The notes under the pieces are model-generated. The model ran no database searches. It had not been told where the DNA came from and was given only the letters and a program-made list of their open reading frames with translations. From an uncultured Candidatus Saccharibacteria bacterium (lineage in GTDB: Bacteria > Patescibacteriota > Minisyncoccia > UBA6257), in the NCBI GenBank assembly GCA_964479005.1, contig CAYZJA010000001.1, positions 160,001-224,000 on the forward strand: a stretch of DNA of 64,000 nucleotides, in the 5' to 3' direction. Both the position numbers and the translations under genes were made by a program. The stretch's first letter is position 1, and every line of letters starts with the position of its first letter. This document shows positions 10,601-19,412 of the stretch, one piece after another.

Positions 10601-11244
10601 ACCCTGACACTTCTCATATTAAAGACAGTACTGTGAATGCTAATAATGGCACAAAAAAAGCAGCAAATGAACCGGTAGAAGCAGACGCTAAAATAGCCAA
10701 AGGGCAAAGTTTTGACGGAGCGGATGATTATGTGGATGCTCCTATTCCCAACCTAATTGATTACACTTATGAAGCGTGGTTTTATACTCGAAGTTTTGTT
10801 AATGGTAATGCTAATGATGGTACGGGCACTTATTTTATAGATAGACAAATTGGAGGTAACTCATTGGTTTCTCTAAAGGCTATTAGTGGAAATTTCGCAC
10901 ATCAGTATAGAGATAATGCTGGTGCAGGTCTTGGAGCAGTTCAAGGTGGCGCAATTCAGCTAGATACTTGGCAGCATGTTGTTTGGGGAAGGGAGGAAGG
11001 AATAGGGTTTTTCATTTATGTTGATACTATCAAAAATAGCGTTGCTGATACTCTTGGTGCTTTGACTCCCGACTCACCAAGAATTGGAGCACATCAAGGT
11101 TTAGTAATTTTTTTAAACGGTCTCATCGATGAAATTCGTATATCCAATATTGCACGTTCTTCAACCTGGATTTCTACAGAATACAATAATCAGTCATCAC
11201 CTAGTTCTTTTTACACAGTGGGAAACCAAGAAGAGAGTTACTAA
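7621..11244 (+). CDS. large secreted surface protein: signal peptide, three tandem ~125-aa beta-rich repeats, Cys-rich module, C-terminal LamG/concanavalin-A-like lectin domain
   Basis: ATG 7621 gives a signal peptide 'MSFNRSIKISVVFLVIFAWVLNSFPLKA' (the track start 7579 is upstream of the promoter -10). Three repeats 'FW(I)xSSVNT..GDLQFExDD..DLASP....PALT..TW..V.L...R..V.S.G...T.D.GA' occur at aa ~175/320/450. A Cys-rich segment carries 'QFHADPT'. The C-terminus 'GQSFDGADDYVDAP...YEAWFYTRSF...IDEIRISN' matches the LamG_3 pattern. Confidence 0.75.
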   Translation: MSFNRSIKISVVFLVIFAWVLNSFPLKAADGSGTNVVDPITATASATDKTFDFTFTAAETMDSGEISIAVPSGWSAPQDISTTVGYTTAASTGMTADVLTALDTHTGWSTGSNIAISADGADYQEGSYSISADIAVGAQAGEKWYFNEPGAKDFGSATKMIFWIKSSVNTNAGDLQFEVDDSADLASPEETVNIPALTVDTWTEVTISLGAARSSVLSYGIKYTVDIGAATVKIDDIRAMFDDADATTSWTQSGSGKITISSDAAIKKQGTASIKAAFLPQAKPLDKYFWSSATPRSFGSYARVSFWIYSSKATEADDLKWENDNSTGLASPEDTIGLPALAATTWTYLQVTLGATRTSVLSHGIHQVIDLGAHNEYVDAMAVQVNAAESTTNWTKTSPMVLSTDTTVYHENAASLKNIVAVTAGTGDEWWYNLGAADDWSSYTNVGFWIRSTVNTSGGNLQFEYDDNTDLASPIASLDIGALTANTWSYQNLTLTDTRTTINSYGFKYTTDVGAVIINADDILLGPGEPSFSGSGPWDINVRILALANTETITVTYGDNAGSGGGVTVTSATGDATFTTKSRISDSGTLTNIASSPVVTVGTALVVDNVQLNGQAAIDLIENTTKSVSATANISHPTDCNLITNVTSKIYRSGVTNNKDCTSDNNDCYSVASCSKTSCVETEAVYTCTINMQFHADPTDEDAEYWRAWIEATDGSLTNSNYSPVDAPDVNTLRALNTTATINYGTLDPGQNSTSTNQQITVTNTGNDAIDIRLYGIDMTWNGNTIDTANQEYSLSPFTYGSGNYLKEAPSYDDVDANLPKPTESPSNSSDIFYWGLGIPSPMPSGGPYQGTNTFEAINDQGVLGWYNPSWGYRVKVTVLASEVDADLTDYPVYVDLSNLPAGFHTNVNQTDARDIRVTKYNGTLEVPREVVFYDSATDTGELHFKGNVDDGTNTDFYIYYGNGGASDYAVDAEFGAENVWNANAKMVQHMKDDPDTSHIKDSTVNANNGTKKAANEPVEADAKIAKGQSFDGADDYVDAPIPNLIDYTYEAWFYTRSFVNGNANDGTGTYFIDRQIGGNSLVSLKAISGNFAHQYRDNAGAGLGAVQGGAIQLDTWQHVVWGREEGIGFFIYVDTIKNSVADTLGALTPDSPRIGAHQGLVIFLNGLIDEIRISNIARSSTWISTEYNNQSSPSSFYTVGNQEESY

Positions 11245-11337
11245 AGTGAAAGTGCTTGTCCATAAATATTGACATTGTTTTCTAAATAAATTATATGTTA
11301 TAATAAATAAACAAAACTATGACTAATTCCATATCTT

Positions 11338-11391
<54 letters not shown>

Positions 11392-11394
11392 ATC

Positions 11395-11421
11395 GCGGTT
11401 TTTCAGAAAAACCCTTTTTTT
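11395..11421 (+). terminator. rho-independent terminator-like hairpin
   Basis: GGTTTTT-cag-AAAAACC stem followed by a CTTTTTTT run. Confidence 0.55.
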
Positions 11422-11506
11422 GTTGGTTCAGTCTATAATACTTAACTTAGGCTGGACTTTTTTATTTGTTAATAAAAATTAAATTTTAAAAATAAAATTA
11501 AAAAAT

Positions 11507-13243
11507 ATGCCTAAAATAATAAAAAAATCTATTCCTTGGTTTTTAATTGTAAGTTTAACTCTTGCAACAGTATTAACTTTTAACTTTATGAGTTCAAGAG
11601 TTGAAGCTGATTCAGCAGATACTTCAGTAAGTGTAGGTAATACCACACCAACTTTTAATAGTGGTTATGAGCCTCATGAAGACATAGCTTCAGATGGTAC
11701 GACTCCGACAAATGTTGGTAGTGATGTAACTTTTAAAGCAACAGCAACTGACGCTAATAGTGATGATTGGAAGCTTTTGATTTGCGACAGTCCTGGTACA
11801 ACCGGTGTGACTTGTACTGGTACTGTAATTTGTAATACTGCTGTTGCAGTAAGTTCTGATACAGAAGCTACTTGTAGTTATACTGCGCTTATAGGTGATA
11901 ATCAATCAATTGATTGGTATGGTTATGCTTGTGATTCAACAGGATGTTCTGACGAGGATCACAAAGTAGATGCTTCTGGTCCTCCATTTAAAGTTAATCA
12001 TAGTCCAGCATTTACTGTTTATGCAGATGATGGACCTAAAGGACCTAACGCTACTATTACCTGGACTACCACAGCTTCTGACACAGATGATGATACAGAG
12101 CAAGATACGATAAGCTTATATGTTTGTAAAGCAGATGATTTTACCGGTTCTGCGTGCGGAGTTGGAGGACAGTGGTGTTCATCACTTAACGATGCTGATG
12201 GTGATCCAACTTGTAACGAAACCACTCCGAGACCAGATGGTGATTATGCTGCTTATGGTTATATAGTTGATAGCCATAGTTTAGTTTCTGTAGGTACAGC
12301 AGAAGGAACTGATTCTTCACCAACAGTTACTAATAGCACTCCTTCAATTACTGATTCTTCAATTAATTTATTAGACACAGATGGAAGCGGCAATTTAGAA
12401 TTAATTGATGAGCAAGCTGAAACTGCTAATTTTACAGTTACTTTTATAGTAAATGATGAGAATAGTTGTGAAAATATTACGTCCGGAGATGAAATATCTT
12501 CAGCTTTTATTAATGTAAGGATGTCAGAAAAACCAACAGGCGACTGTGATATTACTGGTGAATATAATGCTAATGATTGTTATCCAGATGATTATACTGA
12601 ATGGAATCCTGTTTGCGCTGCTTCTTCAACAGTTGATGCTTGTAATGGTGATACTGATACTACTGTTGGTTGGGCATGTACTTTCCCTTTACAATATCAT
12701 GCTGATCCAACAGTTACTGGAACTCCAAAGGCAGCTTATACCTGGATAGCAGCTGTTCAAGCTGAAGATGATCAGGCAGCTAATACGGGTCTAATAGATT
12801 CTTCAACTGGCAGCAATGATATTGATAAATTTATGTCTTATAATTTAACTACTGCCTCAATTGCTTATGGTACAGTAGCTCCTGATGATTACAGCTTAGA
12901 GCAAACCACAATTATTGAGGCTACTGGTAATGTTGGATTAGATGAGAATCTTTTGGGGAGTCTGTTATGTAATGATTATGAAACTTGTGCAGGTGATGAT
13001 GATATCGCAATTGCTGAACAACATTATAATCTAAGCCAAGGCGCAGGCTGGGCAGCTGGAACAGAACTTACTGATAGTTTGGTTGAATCTGAGCTTAATT
13101 GTACGAAGACTACTATTACTGGAACTCCAGAAACAAAAAGTACTTATTGGTATTTGCATATACCTCTAGGTCAAGGTGTAGATAGTTATACTGGTGAGAA
13201 TACTATTGAAGGCAAGGTTGATAATGAAACTTACGAAACATAA
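11507..13243 (+). CDS. secreted Thr/Asp/Cys-rich surface protein, paralogous in part to the Cys-rich module of the upstream large protein
   Basis: Signal peptide 'MPKIIKKSIPWFLIVSLTLATVLTFNFMSSRVEA'. It shares the 'C..NDCY...C....C...CTF..QYHADPT...AAYTWIAA' module with 7621..11244. Confidence 0.7.
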   Translation: MPKIIKKSIPWFLIVSLTLATVLTFNFMSSRVEADSADTSVSVGNTTPTFNSGYEPHEDIASDGTTPTNVGSDVTFKATATDANSDDWKLLICDSPGTTGVTCTGTVICNTAVAVSSDTEATCSYTALIGDNQSIDWYGYACDSTGCSDEDHKVDASGPPFKVNHSPAFTVYADDGPKGPNATITWTTTASDTDDDTEQDTISLYVCKADDFTGSACGVGGQWCSSLNDADGDPTCNETTPRPDGDYAAYGYIVDSHSLVSVGTAEGTDSSPTVTNSTPSITDSSINLLDTDGSGNLELIDEQAETANFTVTFIVNDENSCENITSGDEISSAFINVRMSEKPTGDCDITGEYNANDCYPDDYTEWNPVCAASSTVDACNGDTDTTVGWACTFPLQYHADPTVTGTPKAAYTWIAAVQAEDDQAANTGLIDSSTGSNDIDKFMSYNLTTASIAYGTVAPDDYSLEQTTIIEATGNVGLDENLLGSLLCNDYETCAGDDDIAIAEQHYNLSQGAGWAAGTELTDSLVESELNCTKTTITGTPETKSTYWYLHIPLGQGVDSYTGENTIEGKVDNETYET

Positions 13244-13291
13244 TATCTCTGTGTGATAGCAAAGAAATTATTTTAGATAGAGTAAAAACTC

Positions 13292-14227
13292 ATGGTTTTA
13301 AAGAGGATAATTTTATTTATAGTTTTGTGTTCACTATTTAGTTTTAGTTTGATTAATGTTGTTCAAGCTGGCTTTGGAATTTCTCCGCCATATATTAACA
13401 ATGAAAATCTTAGTCAGGGTTCTTATTATGAAAAGAAAATCACATTAGTAAGAGGCGATCCAATTGAAGATTGGAAAGTGGAAATAATTACCAATGTTCC
13501 CGGAGCTGATGATTGGATTTCAGTTAACAAAGGAAAAGAATTTATTATGCCAAAAGGAGCCCAGCAGGTTCCTATTGTTTTTAGTATTGATGTTCCAAAA
13601 AATGCTAAATTTGGAAGATATACAGGAAGTATTAGAGTAAAAACCGCGCCAGTAAAAGATCCAGAAGAAGGAACAATATCAATTCTTTTAGGAGGACAAA
13701 TTGACGTTGATTTAAATATTCAAAAAGAAATTTTTGATTTTAATGTAAGAGGAATAAAAGCTTCTGATTTAGAAGAAGGAGAAAAGCGATTGATATTTTA
13801 TTTTCCGGGAATAATAAAATTCTCAATGCAAATTGAAAATCTTGGGAATATAAAAGCTGCTCCAAGCAAAGTGCTTCTTGAGATTTATGATGAAAAAGAA
13901 AACGAACTTTTGGAAACGATTCAAACCACTAAGATGAATAAAATAAATCCATTTGAAATAGATTGGGTTATTGCCGAACTTAAAACTAAGTTAAAAGCCG
14001 GCAGTTATTACGCGCAATATCAAATTTTTAAAAAAGATGAAGTGGTAAGTCAAGGAAAAATTCATTTGAGCATTTTATCAAAAGGTGCCATTGCTGATTA
14101 TCAAAGGGCAACAATTTTTGATATAGGAGTAAAAGATAAATTAATTATTTTATTTGGAATTTTAGCTAGTATTGGATTAGTGATTTTTGTTATTCCAAAA
14201 ATTATTAGAACTTTTCGAAAAAAATAA
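13292..14227 (+). CDS. secreted protein with C-terminal transmembrane anchor (hypothetical)
   Basis: N-terminal signal 'LFIVLCSLFSFSLINVVQA' and C-terminal TM 'LIILFGILASIGLVIFVIPKIIRTFRKK'. Confidence 0.6.
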   Translation: MVLKRIILFIVLCSLFSFSLINVVQAGFGISPPYINNENLSQGSYYEKKITLVRGDPIEDWKVEIITNVPGADDWISVNKGKEFIMPKGAQQVPIVFSIDVPKNAKFGRYTGSIRVKTAPVKDPEEGTISILLGGQIDVDLNIQKEIFDFNVRGIKASDLEEGEKRLIFYFPGIIKFSMQIENLGNIKAAPSKVLLEIYDEKENELLETIQTTKMNKINPFEIDWVIAELKTKLKAGSYYAQYQIFKKDEVVSQGKIHLSILSKGAIADYQRATIFDIGVKDKLIILFGILASIGLVIFVIPKIIRTFRKK

Positions 14228-14248
14228 TTTGAAGTCGAGAAAAGTATA

Positions 14249-15160
14249 ATGTTCAGAAATTCAAATCGTTTTGGAATTTTTATTATTATTTTAATTTTTT
14301 TTGGATTTTTATCCTCAATCTTTTTATTTCCAAAAAAAACATTTTCAGAAATGCTTTCTACTTCTGTACAGGTACAGATAGTAACTACAACCATCGGTGG
14401 CGGAGGTGGGGGTGGGGGATATATTCCACCTTTGCCACCAGAAACAAAAGTTATTTTTGAAGGAAGGGCTTATCCTTTAAGTAAAGTTAATATTCTTAAA
14501 GATGGTCAGTTAGCTGTTAGCACTATTTCTGGTCCAGATGCAAAATTTTATGTTTCAATAGAAGGCTTATCTTCTGGAAACTATTTGTTTGCAGTTTATA
14601 GCGAGGATAGTCAGGGAAGACGTTCTGTATTATTCACTTTTCCGGTTTTTATTACTCAAGGAGTCACCACCAAGATAAGTGGTATTTTTATTGCGCCAAC
14701 TATTGATGTAGATAAATTGGAAGTCAAAAAAGGGGAAGTAATTAAAATTTTTGGCCAAACAGTTCCTAATATCGATGTTGCCGTTATCATTAATTCCGAA
14801 GAAGAAATTTATGGGAAAACAAAATCAGACGAAATAGGCGCTTATCTTTATAATTTAGATACTATAGAAGTAGAAATGGGAAATCATTTGGCAAAATCAA
14901 GGGCTACTATTGAAGAAGAAATTAGTCCTTTATCGCAAGCAATAAGTTTTAAGGTAGGAACAAAAACAGTTTTAAAAGAAACTGTAAAAATACCAGAAAA
15001 AGGGGATTTAAATAATGATAAAAGGGTAAATTTGGTTGATTTTTCCATTCTTGCTTATTGGTATCAAAGGCCATCACCTTCAGCAACAGTTGATTTTAAC
15101 AATGATGGAAAAGTAAACTTAGTGGATTTTAGTATAATGGCATACTACTGGACAGGTTAA
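14249..15160 (+). CDS. membrane-anchored protein with poly-Gly linker and C-terminal type-I dockerin domain
   Basis: Two dockerin Ca-binding repeats 'GDLNNDKRVNLVDFSILAYWY' and 'VDFNNDGKVNLVDFSIMAYYW' (D-x-N-x-D-G-x-V-N-x-x-D pattern). N-terminal TM. 'GGGGGGGG' run at aa 50-57. Confidence 0.7.
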   Translation: MFRNSNRFGIFIIILIFFGFLSSIFLFPKKTFSEMLSTSVQVQIVTTTIGGGGGGGGYIPPLPPETKVIFEGRAYPLSKVNILKDGQLAVSTISGPDAKFYVSIEGLSSGNYLFAVYSEDSQGRRSVLFTFPVFITQGVTTKISGIFIAPTIDVDKLEVKKGEVIKIFGQTVPNIDVAVIINSEEEIYGKTKSDEIGAYLYNLDTIEVEMGNHLAKSRATIEEEISPLSQAISFKVGTKTVLKETVKIPEKGDLNNDKRVNLVDFSILAYWYQRPSPSATVDFNNDGKVNLVDFSIMAYYWTG

Positions 15161-15200
15161 AATTTTCAATTTTTAATTTCCAATTTTTAAATAAATTCTA

Positions 15201-16172
15201 ATGACAAAAACTCAAAAACTAATTTTTATTCTTCTATTTTCTACTTTCTGCTTTCTATTTTTTAGTTCTTCTTCTACTTTAGCCGCGGAGTTATATTTGG
15301 AGAATTCCGAGGATAATTATTACGTTGATGAAACTTTTATTACTGATATAAGGATTAATGTTGAAAATAATGAAAGCATTAATGCTATTGAAGGTTATTT
15401 AAAATTTCCAAGTAATATTTTGGAAGTAAAAGATTTTAGCACTGGTAATTCGATACTTACTTTTATTGAAGAGCCAAAAATTAATAAAGAAGAAGGTTTG
15501 ATTTCTTTTGTTGGAATTATTCCTGGTGGATATAGTGGAAGGATTCCTGGTGATCCTGGACAAAGTAATCTTTTAGGAAAAATAATTTTTTATTCTATTT
15601 TTTCTGGCACAGCAGAGATTATTTTTGAAGATAGATCACAAGCATTATTAAGCGATGGGGAGGGAACACCAGCTAAGTTAATTAATAAAGGAGTAACTAT
15701 TGAGATCGTAACTAAACCCTTCGACTACGCTCAGGGCAAGGATGAATGGCAGGAACAATTAGAAAAAGACAAAATTCCTCCAGAAGATTTTAAACCAGAA
15801 ATTATTAAAATTGATGATAAATATTATTTAGCTTTTACTACTAAAGATAAAGATTCTGGTATTGATCATTATGAAGTTTTAGAAAAGAATTTTTGGACAA
15901 ATATAAGTAAATTATTAGGAAGAGAAAAATGGATAGTCGCAGAAAGTCCTTATTTATTAAATGGGCAATCATTAAGTAATAGGATAGAAATAAAAACAAT
16001 AGATAAAGCGGGCAATGAGAGAATTGTTAAATTACCAGCTACATATTATTTGCCTTGGTATAAAAATTACTTTATTTGGGTTATACTTATAATAAGTATT
16101 TTTTATGTGATATGGAGAATAATCGCGAAACAGAAAAAAAACAATACGCGAAACCCCGAAGAAAAGCCTTAG
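15201..16172 (+). CDS. cohesin-like domain protein, signal peptide, C-terminal TM anchor
   Basis: The signal peptide and beta-sandwich pattern '...IRINVENNESINAIEGYLKFPSNILEV...ISFVGI...GTAEIIFED' are consistent with a cohesin fold. C-terminal TM 'FIWVILIISIFYVIWRII'. Confidence 0.5.
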   Translation: MTKTQKLIFILLFSTFCFLFFSSSSTLAAELYLENSEDNYYVDETFITDIRINVENNESINAIEGYLKFPSNILEVKDFSTGNSILTFIEEPKINKEEGLISFVGIIPGGYSGRIPGDPGQSNLLGKIIFYSIFSGTAEIIFEDRSQALLSDGEGTPAKLINKGVTIEIVTKPFDYAQGKDEWQEQLEKDKIPPEDFKPEIIKIDDKYYLAFTTKDKDSGIDHYEVLEKNFWTNISKLLGREKWIVAESPYLLNGQSLSNRIEIKTIDKAGNERIVKLPATYYLPWYKNYFIWVILIISIFYVIWRIIAKQKKNNTRNPEEKP

Positions 16173-17929
16173 GCTTCCTACGGGGCAGGCAGACGCGAAA
16201 TTTCTTAATTTGGTTTAGCGTCGGTTTAGCGTTTTTCCTTGGCGTTGGTTTAACGCTGCCTGTGGTAGCGCAAGCGGCAAGTCTATATTTTTATCCTTCA
16301 TCTGGTTCTTATTCCATTGGTCAAACTCTTACTGACTCTGTCTATGTTTCCAGTTCTGATCAGGCAATCAACGCGGCTTCAGGAATTATTTCCTTTCCAC
16401 AGAATAAAATACAGGTTGTATCACTTTCAAAAACAGGTTCTATAATGAGTCTTTGGGTTCAAGAACCATCTTTTTCTAATACTATTGGGACAATCAACTT
16501 TGAAGGTATTATATTAAATCCTGGGTTTATCGGAAATAATGGCAAGATTATTGATATTATTTTTAAATCAAAGGCGTCAGGAATTACACCGTTAAGTTTT
16601 TTTTCAGCGTCAGTTTTGGCTAATGATGGTAAAGGGACAAATATTTTAACAAGCTCTGGGAGCGCTAAATATAATATTATAATCACTACAACTACAGCAA
16701 CCTCGCCAAGTATACCAACTGGGGATGCAAGAACGCCAAGCGCTGTAATTATTTCTTCTGAAACTCATTCCGATTCTAATAAGTGGTATAGTTCTGCAAC
16801 AGCTGAACTTTCTTGGCCTTTAACTGATGATATTACGGCTACTCGTCTTCTTATTAGCAGAAGCTCAAAAGCTTATCCTACTGTGATTTATACACCTGCG
16901 ATTTCTTCTAAAACAATCACCAATTTAGGTGAGGGTATTTGGTATTTTTATGTACAGCTCAGAAATAAATATGGGTGGGGTGATGTTGCTCATTTTCGTT
17001 TACAGATTGATAATACTCCTCCAGGGCCATTAGAAGTTGAAATAGACAATGAAGGAGACCCTACTAATCCTCAGCCCTTGCTTTGCTTTAAAACAAGTGA
17101 TTTTTTATCAGGAATTGATTTTTATGAAATAAAGATTGGAGAGATCTATAATCTCCAGATTTCAATTAATGAAATAAAGGATAATATTTATCGTTTACCG
17201 CTTTGTCCTCCAGGCGAATATTCATTAATAGTAAAAGCCGTAGATAAAGTAGGAAAATACAGTTCAGTAACAAAAAAATTAAATATAGCATCAATAGACG
17301 TTCCAATTATTAGTGACTACTCAAGAATATTATCTAAAAATGATTACTTAGTAATTCTGGGTTATGCAAGATTAAATGATATTGTAAAGTTGTTTATTAA
17401 AAGTGAAAATAAAAAAGTTGCAAGTTATATTGCTAAACGCGATAATGAAAAATGGAGTTATAAAGCAGAAAAACCTTTGCAAGCAGGGATTTATGCAATT
17501 TGGGCACAAGCAGTTGATTCTCGTGGAGCTAAAAGTAATTTTTCAGAAAAAGTCGAAATTTCCGTAGATTCTCCAGCATTTCTTAGATTTGGATTTGGCA
17601 ATTTTATAGTTAGTTATATTGATATTATAATTATTTTTATTATTCTTATTGTTCTTACAGCATTGGCTTGGGTCTATTATGCAAGAATAAAATTAGTGCA
17701 GACAAATCTTCTTAAAGAAGATATTACACAGACTCAGAAAAACTTATACGAAGCTTTTGATCTTTTGAGAAGAGAAGTTACAAGAGAAATAGCCAAACTT
17801 GATAATAATGATCTTTTATCAGAGAGAGAAGAAGCAGTTAATGAAGAATTGAAAAAAGCTATTAGAAAGTCAGAAGAGTTAATTACTGAAGAAATTAAAG
17901 ATATAAAAGAAAAAATAGACAAATCGTAA
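16112..17929 (+). CDS. cohesin-like domain protein with extended Ig-like region, C-terminal TM anchor and coiled-coil tail
   Basis: Signal/TM 'FLIWFSVGLAFFLGVGLTLPVVAQAA' and a cohesin-like segment 'INAASGIISFPQNKIQVVSL...GTINFEGII...ITPLSF'. The start is ambiguous (16076 or 16112) and overlaps the upstream gene. TM 'IIIFIILIVLTALAWVYYA'. Confidence 0.5.
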   Translation: MENNRETEKKQYAKPRRKALGFLRGRQTRNFLIWFSVGLAFFLGVGLTLPVVAQAASLYFYPSSGSYSIGQTLTDSVYVSSSDQAINAASGIISFPQNKIQVVSLSKTGSIMSLWVQEPSFSNTIGTINFEGIILNPGFIGNNGKIIDIIFKSKASGITPLSFFSASVLANDGKGTNILTSSGSAKYNIIITTTTATSPSIPTGDARTPSAVIISSETHSDSNKWYSSATAELSWPLTDDITATRLLISRSSKAYPTVIYTPAISSKTITNLGEGIWYFYVQLRNKYGWGDVAHFRLQIDNTPPGPLEVEIDNEGDPTNPQPLLCFKTSDFLSGIDFYEIKIGEIYNLQISINEIKDNIYRLPLCPPGEYSLIVKAVDKVGKYSSVTKKLNIASIDVPIISDYSRILSKNDYLVILGYARLNDIVKLFIKSENKKVASYIAKRDNEKWSYKAEKPLQAGIYAIWAQAVDSRGAKSNFSEKVEISVDSPAFLRFGFGNFIVSYIDIIIIFIILIVLTALAWVYYARIKLVQTNLLKEDITQTQKNLYEAFDLLRREVTREIAKLDNNDLLSEREEAVNEELKKAIRKSEELITEEIKDIKEKIDKS

Positions 17930-17987
17930 CTGTTGTGTTAAATTATATTTAATTAAAATTTTTGATAGGATTGTAAAGAATTAAGCA

Positions 17988-19307
17988 ATGAATTACAAAA
18001 AGTTATTAATTATTATTGGTATTTTTATAGTCACCATTTTATTGGGGGCTTTTGTTTATCCTGATGGATTAAAAGAAAGGGGGATTGAACTTCCCAGTTT
18101 TTTTGATAAGTCCTTTAGTTTTGGGTTAGATGTTTCTGGTGGAACACTTTTGCTTTATGAAGCTGATTTAAATAATATTGAAACTTCTGATCATGATTCG
18201 GCAATGGATGGTTTGAGAGATGTAATAGAAAGGCGTATAAATTATTCAGGTGTTAGAGAACCGCGTGTGGCAATAAATAAAAGCGGAGAAAAATGGCGTT
18301 TAATAGTGGAATTAGCTGGAATTAAAGATATTCAAGAAGCAATAAAAATGATTGGGGAAACTCCTTATTTAGAATTTAAAGAAATTCGCACAGAAGAAGA
18401 AGCAAAAAGCATTTTAACATTACAAGAAGAAGAATCAAATAAAGAAGAACCCGATTTAAAAATTATGCGGATAGATCCATATTTTAAACAAACTTCTTTA
18501 ACTGGAAAATATTTAAAAAGAGCAAATTTGGGGTTTGACCAAAATTCTTTACCTATCATTAATCTTCAATTTAATGATGAGGGCGCAAAGATTTTTGCCG
18601 CTTTAACAAAAAAGAACATTGGGCAACCATTAGCAATTTATTTAGATAATTATCCAATTAGTATTCCTGTAGTGCGGGAAGAAATTCCTTCAGGTAAAGC
18701 CCAGATTTCTGGAAAATTCACTTTACCTGAAGCAAAGGAGTTAGTGACAAGATTAAATCAAGGCGCTTTACCTGTTCCAATTAATTTAATTTCCCAGCAA
18801 TCTGTTGGCGCTGTTTTAGGGGAAGAATCAATTGAGAAGATAGCCAAAGCGGCTCTTTTAGGATTTGTTTTAGTGCTTATATTTATGATTTTGATTTATC
18901 GTATGCCGGGATTTTTAGCCTCAATTTCTTTGATAATTTATGTTATTTTAACAATGAGTATTTTTAAGGCTCTACCAGTAACCCTTACTTTAGCTGGTAT
19001 TACTGGGTTTATTCTCTCTGTTGGTATGGCTGTAGATGCTAATATCTTAATTTTTGAGCATGCAAAAGAAGAAATTAAAAAAAATAAACCAATGAGGATT
19101 TCAATGGAAGACGGTTTTCAAAGGTCATGGCCAGCTATTCGAGATTCTAACATTGCTACAATAATTTCTGCTGTAATCCTTTATTATTTTACATCAAGTA
19201 TGATAAGAGGATTTTCTGTTACATTGGCAATTGGAGTAGGGGTGAGTATAATTACAGCTTTGTATGTTACAAGGATATTCTTGCAGGTACTCACGACAAA
19301 CAAATAA
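17988..19307 (+). CDS. secD: protein translocase subunit SecD
   Basis: N-terminal TM, 'GLDVSGGTLLLYEAD' and a C-terminal six-TM block typical of SecD. Confidence 0.85.
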   Translation: MNYKKLLIIIGIFIVTILLGAFVYPDGLKERGIELPSFFDKSFSFGLDVSGGTLLLYEADLNNIETSDHDSAMDGLRDVIERRINYSGVREPRVAINKSGEKWRLIVELAGIKDIQEAIKMIGETPYLEFKEIRTEEEAKSILTLQEEESNKEEPDLKIMRIDPYFKQTSLTGKYLKRANLGFDQNSLPIINLQFNDEGAKIFAALTKKNIGQPLAIYLDNYPISIPVVREEIPSGKAQISGKFTLPEAKELVTRLNQGALPVPINLISQQSVGAVLGEESIEKIAKAALLGFVLVLIFMILIYRMPGFLASISLIIYVILTMSIFKALPVTLTLAGITGFILSVGMAVDANILIFEHAKEEIKKNKPMRISMEDGFQRSWPAIRDSNIATIISAVILYYFTSSMIRGFSVTLAIGVGVSIITALYVTRIFLQVLTTNK

Positions 19308-19372
19308 CAAACAACAAACAACAAATAGCAGATAACAAATAACAGATAACAGATAACAGATAACAGATAATA
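19301..19372. repeat. degenerate heptanucleotide tandem repeat (AACAAAC/AACAGAT)n, ~10 copies
   Basis: 'aacaaacaacaaacaacaaatagcagataacaaataacagataacagataacagataacagataa' in the secD-secF intergenic region. Confidence 0.7.
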
Positions 19373-19412
19373 TTGTTTATTGTTCCTTGTTAATTGTTAA
19401 TTAATATTTAGT

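Noticed and set aside
14398-14424. G-rich tract 'ggtggcggaggtgggggtgggggat' as a possible phase-variable homopolymer.
   Set aside because: It is interrupted every 3-5 nt and encodes an in-frame Gly8 linker. It is not a true homopolymer.
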